A DNA stretch of 64,000 bases from Lactobacillales bacterium (lineage in GTDB: Bacteria; Bacillota_I; Bacilli_A; RF39; UBA660). Under the pieces are notes generated by a model. That model was not told where the DNA came from, searched no databases, and saw only the letters and a list, made by a program, of their open reading frames with translations. A program made the translations under genes and the position numbers. The DNA lies in contig SVAG01000001.1 in NCBI GenBank assembly GCA_015059545.1, positions 167,381 to 231,380 on the forward strand, written 5' to 3'. The stretch's first letter is position 1. Each line of letters opens with the position of its first letter. Below are positions 37,596 to 46,487 of the stretch, one piece after another.

Positions 37596-39950
37596 TTGGA
37601 ACAAAATTTAATATTTACTTTGAATTCATTAAAGTTCCAAGAAGCAATTCGTGATTTATTTGGAGCTGTTAATAAATTCTTATACTATTGTATAGCAAAA
37701 TTTATTGATGGAATGTATAAATTAGCTAACTTAGATTTTGGTCTAGGAGAACAAATAGATGATTTTACATCAAGAATTTTTGTTATAATGATTATATTTA
37801 TGATTTTTAAATTAACTTTATCTGTCATGAATTATCTTATAGATCCAGATTCTTTTACTGATAAAAGTAAAGGTGGAGGAAAATTAATTAGTAGAGTTAT
37901 AATTTCAGTAGCTTTATTAATTTCAATAAATCCAATATTTAATTTTTTAAAGGATGTACAATCTACAATTATTAATGATGATGTTGTTACCAATTTTATA
38001 TTAGGATCAAATACAAGTATTAATCTTTCGTTTGAATATGAAGATAATGGCGAAAAGAAACAGATTTATTCAACGAGAATGAGTGATAAATGTGATGATG
38101 AATATTTTGTTTTAAGTTTTTCAAAAGGTGATAATTTTTCAGTAATGGCATTAAGACCATTTTATCAAATAGCAACTGGTGTAGATGATGCAAAAGAACA
38201 AATGCCAAATCTTTATGAAGTTGGTTATTGTGGAACATCTACTAGTTCATTAGCAACAACAGGAACAGATAAAGGTAAATTAACATCAGAAATTATTACT
38301 AATATAAAGAAAGATCCTAATAATGCTTCTGAATTATTAAAACATAAAATTTATAACTCTGTAAGTGGAGATTGGGATGCGCTTCATGAAGAAGATTTTG
38401 ATATTGAATTCAACTATATATGGGCATTAGTTGTTGGAATTGTTATAGTTTTAATGATAATATCTTTCTGTTTTGATATTGTTATAAGAGCTTTAACATT
38501 ATTCTTCTATCAATTAATTGCACCTATTCCAATCATTTCATATGTTAGTCCTAAAGGAAAAGATTCTGAAATGTTAGGAAATTGGTTTAAAAAATTATTC
38601 TCTGTTTGGGGAAGTCTATTTATAAGAATTGGAATTTTAGATTTTGTAATTTATTTTACAGGTATTGCATGTAATGAAATTATTAATAATGATAATAATA
38701 CAGGTACAGTTATGCAAATAATTGTAATAATAGGAACACTTATGTTTGCTAAAAAATTACCTAAATTATTAGAAGAATTAATACCAGGAATGAAATTAGA
38801 CGGTGGATTTGAACTTAATCCATTTAAAAGAATAAGAAAAGATGCAGTAGGCGGAGATTTACTAATGAATGGAATAGGTAGAGGATTAGGAACTATAACA
38901 GGAGCAGCAGGAGGAGCTCTAGCCGGTGCAAAAGCTGGAAGAGAAATTGGTGCTGTAGGTAAAGGTGTTGCACTAGGTGCTTTAAGCGGTGCAGGGACAG
39001 GATTTAGAAATAAAAAAGCATCATTTGGAAAAGGAATGGGAGAATCATATAAAAATTTAACCGGAAATGAATTTAGAAGAATGACACCGGTTTCATTATT
39101 AATGCCTAAAATGGGAAAACAACCTGTTCAAGAAACAAAAGATTATATTAAAAAAGGATATGAACAATTAAATGCAAAAAATTCAGATTTAAATATTTCA
39201 GAAAGCTTTTCTTCACAATTAGCAACTGATTTAATGGCAAAAGGATACGACATAAAAGATATTAATGGCATGAAAAGTACTGCTCAATCAAGAATAGATG
39301 CAAAAAAAACATCTATTGATGAATTAAAAGCAAAAACATCTGGTATCGAAGCTGAAAGTAATGCTGCAAAACAATTATATGATGATTATCAAACACAATA
39401 TAGTAATGCAATACAAAATCAAAAGTCAATTCAAACAAACTATGATAAATGTAAAAATAATATGACAAATTTAGATGCTGAAATTTTAAAACAAGAACAA
39501 TTGGTTGGTAAAGGAATTGGAAGTTTTGATATGGCAGCACGTGATAGATTAGAAAAATTAAAAAATCAAAGAAAAACGTTTGAAAATGAGTTAAATGGAT
39601 ATACAACACAGTTAAATAATGCAACTTCTACTATTCAATCTATAAAAGATAATATGGATAAAGCGGAACTTGATATGAACAATAAGATTGAAGCATACAA
39701 TACTCATATTCAAAAAATAGAATCTGCTGAATCTGAAATAGAATCATATAAAGTGGATATTGAAAATATTAAACGTTATGAAGAACATAGAAAAAATGAA
39801 GCAGAAATACGTAATGATATTTCATCTATTAATAAAGATATTGATACATTTAAGAAGGAAAAAGCACAAAGAGAAAGATTCTACAGAATTGATCCAGCAC
39901 CTCAACAAGATTATGGTTCTGCAAAATCAAATGTAGATGAAAGAGGTTAA
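37596..39950 (+). CDS. VirB6/TrbL-like polytopic T4SS channel protein with a long C-terminal coiled coil (784 aa)
   Basis: TTG start after GGAGGAGG. Multiple TM segments, a Gly/Ala-rich stretch (GAAGGALAGAKAG), and a C-terminal roughly 240-aa coiled coil. The architecture resembles ConG/TcpH/PrgH. Confidence 0.6.
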   Translation: MEQNLIFTLNSLKFQEAIRDLFGAVNKFLYYCIAKFIDGMYKLANLDFGLGEQIDDFTSRIFVIMIIFMIFKLTLSVMNYLIDPDSFTDKSKGGGKLISRVIISVALLISINPIFNFLKDVQSTIINDDVVTNFILGSNTSINLSFEYEDNGEKKQIYSTRMSDKCDDEYFVLSFSKGDNFSVMALRPFYQIATGVDDAKEQMPNLYEVGYCGTSTSSLATTGTDKGKLTSEIITNIKKDPNNASELLKHKIYNSVSGDWDALHEEDFDIEFNYIWALVVGIVIVLMIISFCFDIVIRALTLFFYQLIAPIPIISYVSPKGKDSEMLGNWFKKLFSVWGSLFIRIGILDFVIYFTGIACNEIINNDNNTGTVMQIIVIIGTLMFAKKLPKLLEELIPGMKLDGGFELNPFKRIRKDAVGGDLLMNGIGRGLGTITGAAGGALAGAKAGREIGAVGKGVALGALSGAGTGFRNKKASFGKGMGESYKNLTGNEFRRMTPVSLLMPKMGKQPVQETKDYIKKGYEQLNAKNSDLNISESFSSQLATDLMAKGYDIKDINGMKSTAQSRIDAKKTSIDELKAKTSGIEAESNAAKQLYDDYQTQYSNAIQNQKSIQTNYDKCKNNMTNLDAEILKQEQLVGKGIGSFDMAARDRLEKLKNQRKTFENELNGYTTQLNNATSTIQSIKDNMDKAELDMNNKIEAYNTHIQKIESAESEIESYKVDIENIKRYEEHRKNEAEIRNDISSINKDIDTFKKEKAQRERFYRIDPAPQQDYGSAKSNVDERG

Positions 39951-39975
39951 TAAAATAAAAAGTGGGTGAAAATAA

Positions 39976-40302
39976 ATGAATAATAATTTTTTAATACCGG
40001 CCAATTCAAAAAAATCACAATTATATTTTGGATTGTTCAATAAATTTGATTTAATTTTATTTGGTAGTGGAGTAGGTTTTTCATTATTAATGATGGCAAT
40101 TATACCACCAGGAAATTATATTATTTCTATATTAATATGTTTACCTGCTGTAGTAACTGGGTTTCTAGTATTCCCAGTTCCTAACTATCATAATGTATTA
40201 ACTTTATTAATATCGGTATGGAATTTCTTTACAACAAGACAAAGATTCATTTGGAAAGGTTGGTGTGTGAAAGATGAGTTCAAAGAAGACGATAAAAAGT
40301 AA
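39976..40302 (+). CDS. PrgI/VirB3-like small membrane protein (108 aa)
   Basis: IPANSKKSQLYFGLFNKFDLILFGSGVGFSLLMM followed by a second TM segment. It lies immediately upstream of VirB4. Confidence 0.55.
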   Translation: MNNNFLIPANSKKSQLYFGLFNKFDLILFGSGVGFSLLMMAIIPPGNYIISILICLPAVVTGFLVFPVPNYHNVLTLLISVWNFFTTRQRFIWKGWCVKDEFKEDDKK

Positions 40303-40825
40303 ATATACTGAACAATATGTTCCAATAAAAAGTATTACTAATGGAATGATAACTCTTGAAAATAATGAAAAATTAACAGGATTAAAGATAATGCCAAGAA
40401 ATATATTTATATCTGATGCAAACACTCAATTCGCTGTAATTGATAACTTAAAAAATGTTTATAATGTTATTGATTATGAATTTTGGGTAATAGCAGCAGA
40501 TAGACCTGTAGATATAAATGTATTCTTATCACAATTACAATTGTTATATGCTAAAACAAATGATCAAGTAACAAGAAAATTGATAATGGAAGATATAGAA
40601 AAAGCAAATACTTTTACAAATAATAATGTTGTTGATACAGAATATTTCTTACTATTTAGACATAAAGATACAGAAGTTATTAATAAAAGATTAAGACAAT
40701 TAATAACAATGTTTGCTAATGCTGGATTAAATTCGCACCAAGTAACAAACGATGATTTAAGAGTTATATTAGATAATTTCTTAAATGGTGGACAAACTGT
40801 TAACTTTGGGGGTGTATTTGCATGA
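40274..40825 (+). CDS. Free-standing homolog of the N-terminal domain of Tn916-ORF16/CD1110-type VirB4 (183 aa)
   Basis: The pattern YTEQYVPIKSITNGMITLENNEKLTGLKIMPRNIF...DYEFWVIAADRPVDIN resembles the N-terminal region of Gram-positive VirB4 proteins. Its stop overlaps the next start (ATGA at 40822-40825). Confidence 0.5.
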   Translation: MSSKKTIKSKYTEQYVPIKSITNGMITLENNEKLTGLKIMPRNIFISDANTQFAVIDNLKNVYNVIDYEFWVIAADRPVDINVFLSQLQLLYAKTNDQVTRKLIMEDIEKANTFTNNNVVDTEYFLLFRHKDTEVINKRLRQLITMFANAGLNSHQVTNDDLRVILDNFLNGGQTVNFGGVFA

Positions 40826-42609
40826 TGAATTTAAAAGCACAATTAGCACCTAAAGGTTTAGAATTTAAACCAAGCAGTTTTATAATAAGTGATAAATATG
40901 CAACAATATTAACAGTTATATCTTATCCAAGAATGATAACTCCAGGATACTTATCAAATTTAACAAGTATGTCTGGTATAAAAGTAGTTATCAAACATAT
41001 TCCTGTAGATTTTTCAATTTTAAGAAAAATGTTAAATAAAGAAGTTGCTTCTTTAAAAGAAAGATATCAAAATGAAAAAGATTTAACTTATCAAGAAAGA
41101 ATAAGACAAGATTATGAATCATTAGAAGTATTCATAACTCAACTTGCAGCATCACAAGCAAAAATATTTGATTTTCAAATGCACATTATGATAACTGCAA
41201 ATTCAGAAGAAGAGTTAAATAATAAAAAAATGCAAGTAAGAAATTACTTAGAAGCTATGCAAATGAAAGCATATCCTCTACGTTTTGAACAAGAAAATAT
41301 ATTTAAATCAATGTTACCTATATATGAAGATCAAGAAATAGAAAATAGAATAGGAATTCCTATTCCTTCTCCTACAATCGCAGCTATGTATCCTTTTATA
41401 TTTGATAGTATAAAAGATCCAGGTTTATCAACATTATTAGGAGTAGACTTCTCAGGAGGAGTAATTCTATTTAATCAATTTTTATATAAAATCAAAAAAG
41501 AACACAATAGAAATAATGCAAATTTAATTATATTAGGTACATCAGGTAGTGGTAAATCAACTGCTGCTAAAATAATGTTTAGAACACATATTAGAAATGG
41601 TTGTCAGTTAGTAGCAATTGACCCTGAAGGTGAATTAGAAGGAATGGCAAGAAGATATAAAGGAGACTTTATAGATCTTGGAAAAGGTGGAGAATTCGGT
41701 ATGATAAATCCACTTGAAGTAGTAATAGATGCCGATGAAGATGAAATACAAGGTGGACTAGGATATACAGTTCTTACAAGAACTCTTCAAAGTATAAAAG
41801 CATTTATGAAATACTATGATCCTTCAATAACAGAAGATGTATTAAATATGTTTACTGAAATAGTAACAGAAACATATAGAAGATTTGGAATGAATTTTGA
41901 AACTGATTTTACAAAATTCAAATCAAAAGATTATCCAACATTTAAAGATGTTTATGCAACTATAAGAGGAAGACTTGCATCAATGACTGAAAAAACACAT
42001 GAAAAAGATGTGATGGAAATTCTTGAAATGAAAATAAGACCTCTTGTTAAAGAATTAAAATACTATTTTGATGGTCATACAACAATAGAACCTAAAAGTA
42101 GATTTATAGTATTTAATATCAGAGAATTAATGAATGCAGATGCTAATATTAGAAATGCATTATTCTTCAATATATTAAAATATGCATGGGGACTTACATT
42201 AGATAAAAGAATAGATACTGTTTTATCAGTAGATGAAGCTCACGTATTATTATCAGGTAATAATACACTAGGAGCAGATTTCTTAGCGCAAATTCAAAGA
42301 CGTGCTAGAAAATACAACACAGGTACAATCATAATAACTCAACAACCAAGTGACTTTAGTGATCCTAATGTTATTACACAAGGTAAAGCAATATTTGATA
42401 ATGCTTCATATTATCTTGTTATGGGACTAAAAAAACAAGCTGTTGAAGATTTATCTAAATTAATAGATTTAAATGATAATGAAAAAGAAAATATTAAACA
42501 TTATAATCAAGGTGAAGCTTTATTTGTATGTGGTAGTAGAAGAATGCAAATTGAAGTTATCGCAACTGAACAAGAATTAGATTCATTTGGTTCAGGAGGA
42601 GGATTATAA
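40822..42609 (+). CDS. virB4: VirB4-family T4SS ATPase (ConE/TcpF/PrgJ-like) core (595 aa)
   Basis: Walker A GTSGSGKST and Walker B VLSVDEAH. The N-terminal part, APKGLEFKPSSFIISDKYATILTVISYPRMITPGYLSNL, is typical of Gram-positive VirB4. Confidence 0.85.
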   Translation: MMNLKAQLAPKGLEFKPSSFIISDKYATILTVISYPRMITPGYLSNLTSMSGIKVVIKHIPVDFSILRKMLNKEVASLKERYQNEKDLTYQERIRQDYESLEVFITQLAASQAKIFDFQMHIMITANSEEELNNKKMQVRNYLEAMQMKAYPLRFEQENIFKSMLPIYEDQEIENRIGIPIPSPTIAAMYPFIFDSIKDPGLSTLLGVDFSGGVILFNQFLYKIKKEHNRNNANLIILGTSGSGKSTAAKIMFRTHIRNGCQLVAIDPEGELEGMARRYKGDFIDLGKGGEFGMINPLEVVIDADEDEIQGGLGYTVLTRTLQSIKAFMKYYDPSITEDVLNMFTEIVTETYRRFGMNFETDFTKFKSKDYPTFKDVYATIRGRLASMTEKTHEKDVMEILEMKIRPLVKELKYYFDGHTTIEPKSRFIVFNIRELMNADANIRNALFFNILKYAWGLTLDKRIDTVLSVDEAHVLLSGNNTLGADFLAQIQRRARKYNTGTIIITQQPSDFSDPNVITQGKAIFDNASYYLVMGLKKQAVEDLSKLIDLNDNEKENIKHYNQGEALFVCGSRRMQIEVIATEQELDSFGSGGGL

Positions 42610-42632
42610 TAAAATAGTCTGGTGGTGGTATT

Positions 42633-45053
42633 TTGGATAATAAAGATTACGAAGAGTTAGAAGAAGAATTAGAACAACAATCAGATGAAGAAAATATAGA
42701 TGATGAAGAATCAGAAGAATACGATGATTCTGAAGAAACATTTGATTATGATGAGTCTGATGAAGAAAGTTTTTATGATGATTCTGAAGAAGATTCGTAT
42801 AATGAATCACAATATGATTTTAATAATCAAAATGTAAAGAATAAATTACGTGACCTAAGAAATCAAAATAAGCAAAACCAAAATACAGCCAATAGATTAA
42901 ATCAAAGAAAAGCAAATACGATGAGTAAAGGAGTTGAAGCACCAAAATCAACTCCTTCACCTTCAAATGCTATTCAAAATGGACAATCAACAAACCTTTT
43001 AAATAAAGGCATTAATTCAGCAAAAAGTGCAGGTAAAGGCCTTGGTCAAAAAGCTGGACAAGCAATTGCATCAGCAGGAAAAGCAGCAGGAACTGCAATA
43101 GCTCAAGGGGTAAAATCTTTAGTTGCGGCTTTAGTTGCAAATCCATATTTTTGGGTTATTGTTGGGGTTATTGTATTATTGATTTTAATTCCAATATTAT
43201 GGAAAGCATATGAAGGTGATGATGGATCAGGAAAAGATTTAAGTGGTGGATATTTTGATGAAACTTGTGATTTTAACTTAACAAAAGTTAATTTAACACT
43301 TGATGATGGAAAAAGCGTTGATACTGGAATAAGTTTTGAAGATTATATTATAGGAGTAGCATATGCCGAAATAGGTGAATATATTTATCTAGAAGGTTAT
43401 GAAGAATATGCAAAAGTTGCTATGATAACAGCGAAAACATATACATTAGCAACAGCTGGATATAATAATACAAATAAAGAAATAACTTTAAAAGCATCAA
43501 CATATGCACATGCATGGTGTGATATATATGAAGGTTGTATGTGGTATAATCGCGGTAGCGGGACTTATTGGTATTATTCAGCAAAACATAAACTTGATAT
43601 AAGTGGAGCAAGTCTTTATAAATCAGCACTTAATGAAACAAATTTACAAAAAGCAAAGACGACATATTCTGAAATAGCAAATTATTTATATGCACCTACT
43701 TCTTTGAAAGGCCCATTAACTAGTAGTTCTCAATTAACAGCAACACAATATAGAGATCACGCACAAAACTTTTGGAAAAAACTTGCTTCAGAAGGTAAAA
43801 CATTTAAAGAAATTTTATCAGCAACAGGAACAGATGCATATCCACAATATGTTAGTTCGGCTAGACCTGGTAAGACAAGTGATTATAATACGGCAGTTAT
43901 GATAAGAGATATTTATAAAAATTTAACATTATATAATTTATCTTCGTATTGTGATTATACAGCTGTAGAAGGAAGCTGTAATACAAGTACACCTATAAAG
44001 ATTGCAGCAGGAGAAAAATTTATTATAACATCTCCATTTGGAATGAGAAATCACCCATTAGGTGGTGGACAAAGAATGCATAATGGGATCGATTTAGGGT
44101 ATGCAAGTGGGACACCTATTTATAGTATCGCTGATGGTACTGTAGTAGCTGCTGGATATGGAGCAAGTGCAGGAAACTATGTTAATATTGGACATGATAT
44201 AGATGGAGACGGAACATACGACTATACGACATATAATTATCATATGGTAGAACCAACCCCATTATCAGTTGGAGATGATGTTGTTGGTGGACAACAAGTA
44301 GGAAAAGTTGGAACAACTGGAGGTAGTACAGGACCACACTTACATTTTGGTATTTCAGATAAAAATGGTAATTATATAGATCCTGAACCTATAATTGAAG
44401 CAATAAGAAACAAAACATCAGTATTTGATAGTGCTTCCGTATGTAAAAGTGCAGGAGGAGCGATTGGGGATTATCCATATTACAATCAATGTGATGGAGT
44501 ATGGTCATCTAAAGTAATATGCGATACTGCGGATTATAGTAACGGAGTATGTTATGCAAATAATACAATTTGTACTTCTGGATGTGGATATACATCATTC
44601 TCTATGATTGCTTCAGGATTAAATGGAGATGGGGGGATTAAACCAGATAATGTTGTTTCAATATTATCAAAATATTCATATAATCCAGGAGGCGGAGCAA
44701 TAACAGATGCTGCATTAATAGATAAAAAAGCACTTAATCATTATAATATGCAAGCAGAAGTATTATTTCCAAGAGGTTCTTCACTTAGTTTAAAAGAAAA
44801 AAAATCAAAAATAGTTGCGGCTTTAAAATCTGGAAGACCTGTTGAATTATTAGTTCCGGGACATTTCGTAGCTTTAGTTGGAATAAATGGTGATAAAGTA
44901 AAACTTAATGATCCTGGTAAAAGAAGTAATGTAGGTGAATATACAATAGATGAATTAAATAGCTTATTTGGTTCTCAAAGAAGTTGTAGTGATTGCTTTG
45001 TTTACGCAATTGCATATTCTAGAACAAGTGGTGGTAATAATGAAAAAGCATAG
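42633..45053 (+). CDS. PrgK/CwlT-like three-domain cell-wall hydrolase: acidic cytoplasmic tail, TM, SpoIID-like domain, M23 peptidase, C39-like/CHAP-like Cys peptidase domain (806 aa)
   Basis: D/E-rich N-terminus and the TM NPYFWVIVGVIVLLILIPILW. SpoIID-like FEDYIIGVAYAEIG...AKVAMITAKTYTLA. M23 motifs HNGIDLG...GTGGSTGPHLHFGI. The C-terminal YPYYNQCDGVWS...TSGCGYTSFSMIASGL resembles C39-like peptidases. Confidence 0.8.
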   Translation: MDNKDYEELEEELEQQSDEENIDDEESEEYDDSEETFDYDESDEESFYDDSEEDSYNESQYDFNNQNVKNKLRDLRNQNKQNQNTANRLNQRKANTMSKGVEAPKSTPSPSNAIQNGQSTNLLNKGINSAKSAGKGLGQKAGQAIASAGKAAGTAIAQGVKSLVAALVANPYFWVIVGVIVLLILIPILWKAYEGDDGSGKDLSGGYFDETCDFNLTKVNLTLDDGKSVDTGISFEDYIIGVAYAEIGEYIYLEGYEEYAKVAMITAKTYTLATAGYNNTNKEITLKASTYAHAWCDIYEGCMWYNRGSGTYWYYSAKHKLDISGASLYKSALNETNLQKAKTTYSEIANYLYAPTSLKGPLTSSSQLTATQYRDHAQNFWKKLASEGKTFKEILSATGTDAYPQYVSSARPGKTSDYNTAVMIRDIYKNLTLYNLSSYCDYTAVEGSCNTSTPIKIAAGEKFIITSPFGMRNHPLGGGQRMHNGIDLGYASGTPIYSIADGTVVAAGYGASAGNYVNIGHDIDGDGTYDYTTYNYHMVEPTPLSVGDDVVGGQQVGKVGTTGGSTGPHLHFGISDKNGNYIDPEPIIEAIRNKTSVFDSASVCKSAGGAIGDYPYYNQCDGVWSSKVICDTADYSNGVCYANNTICTSGCGYTSFSMIASGLNGDGGIKPDNVVSILSKYSYNPGGGAITDAALIDKKALNHYNMQAEVLFPRGSSLSLKEKKSKIVAALKSGRPVELLVPGHFVALVGINGDKVKLNDPGKRSNVGEYTIDELNSLFGSQRSCSDCFVYAIAYSRTSGGNNEKA

Positions 45054-45747
45054 ATTATTAGCATTAATTATATCTTGTTTATTATTAACAGGGTGTACAG
45101 TTGATTATAACGTTGAAATAAAAAATGATAATACTGTCAATGAAAATATCATGTTAAATGGTCAAAAAGTTAATAGTAATAAAGAGTTCCAAAAAATAAA
45201 AAAAGAAATAAAAAATCAAATTTCTAATACATTAAATAAATATGAATATCAATACAATATAAAAAATGAAAACAATAGTGTAGTAGTAGAAATAAATAAA
45301 AATAGTAATTTTGAAATTTTATTAAGTAATTCTTTATATAATGAATTTTTTGAAGATTATGAATTATTTGTTAATAAAGGAATAAAAACTTTCAAAAATA
45401 CAGGTACAAATTATTTAGCAGAACTCTTTGTTACTAAAAATTATGAACAAGATTTAAAAGTAGAAAAAGAAGTAGATGTATTAAATGTAAATATAAAATT
45501 TGAAAATATAGTAACTGAGCACAATGCTGATAAGTATGATGAAAAAACTAATACATATACTTGGATATTTACAGAAAATGATATTCAAAAAACAATAAAT
45601 TTTTCTTATGATACTGATCAATTATTTGAAAAAGAAAAAAAATTTAGTTTCGATAATATAGGAATAATAATAGGTATAATTTTACTAATTATTGTTATAT
45701 TTATAACATCATTTATATTTATATATAGAAAAAAAGATGAATTATAG
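45040..45747 (+). CDS. T4SS-associated lipoprotein with a C-terminal TM anchor, copy A (235 aa)
   Basis: The ATG at 45040 overlaps the hydrolase 3' end. Lipobox LLTGC followed by TVDYNVEI, a NADKYDEKTNTYTWIFTEND motif, and a C-terminal TM. Confidence 0.65.
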   Translation: MKKHRLLALIISCLLLTGCTVDYNVEIKNDNTVNENIMLNGQKVNSNKEFQKIKKEIKNQISNTLNKYEYQYNIKNENNSVVVEINKNSNFEILLSNSLYNEFFEDYELFVNKGIKTFKNTGTNYLAELFVTKNYEQDLKVEKEVDVLNVNIKFENIVTEHNADKYDEKTNTYTWIFTENDIQKTINFSYDTDQLFEKEKKFSFDNIGIIIGIILLIIVIFITSFIFIYRKKDEL

Positions 45748-45759
45748 GGCGTGATATTA

Positions 45760-46476
45760 ATGTTGAAAAAAAGAGTATTATTTTTGATTATATTATGTTT
45801 ATTACTAACAGGGTGTACAGTTGATTATAATATTATTGTAACTTCTGATAAAAAGATTATAGAAGATGTGACTGTAAGTAAACTAATTTCAAAAATAAAA
45901 GAAGAAGGTTATAATGCAGAAGAAATAAAAAATGCACAAGAAACTTCATATAAAGAATTTTTAAGAAAAAATAATATAGATTATGAATTTGTTATTACTT
46001 CAGATGAACTTCAAGGTATTTTTTCTAGAAAAAGTTCTAATTTTGAATCAATTGAAAATCTTCCCTATTTTCAACAATTATATAATAGTATAAGTATAGA
46101 AAAAGATAAAAAAACATATTCATTTAAAACTGATGGAATATATAATGGTAAGCAGATGTTTGATATTACAGATTTCACTGAGGTTCCTATGTTATCTGAA
46201 TTAAGAGTCAATATACAATTTCATAATGTAGTTATCGATTCTAACGCAGATAAATATGATAGTGCAACTAATACATATACATGGATATTTAATCGTGAAA
46301 CAGAAAATAAAACTATTGAATTTAACTTATCAAATAAAAAAAGATATGATATAATATCAAAATATATATTTGATACCTACAAATATAGAATTATAATAAC
46401 TATAATTTTATTAGTAATAATAACATTATTAGTAACAATTTATTTTACTAAATTAAAGAAGAATAATACATTTTAG
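45760..46476 (+). CDS. T4SS-associated lipoprotein with a C-terminal TM anchor, copy B (238 aa)
   Basis: Lipobox LLTGC followed by TVDYNIIV, a NADKYDSATNTYTWIFNRET motif, and a C-terminal TM. It is a paralog of copy A. The ORF track starts at a GTG at 45751. Confidence 0.65.
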   Translation: MLKKRVLFLIILCLLLTGCTVDYNIIVTSDKKIIEDVTVSKLISKIKEEGYNAEEIKNAQETSYKEFLRKNNIDYEFVITSDELQGIFSRKSSNFESIENLPYFQQLYNSISIEKDKKTYSFKTDGIYNGKQMFDITDFTEVPMLSELRVNIQFHNVVIDSNADKYDSATNTYTWIFNRETENKTIEFNLSNKKRYDIISKYIFDTYKYRIIITIILLVIITLLVTIYFTKLKKNNTF

Positions 46477-46487
46477 GAGTGATTCTT

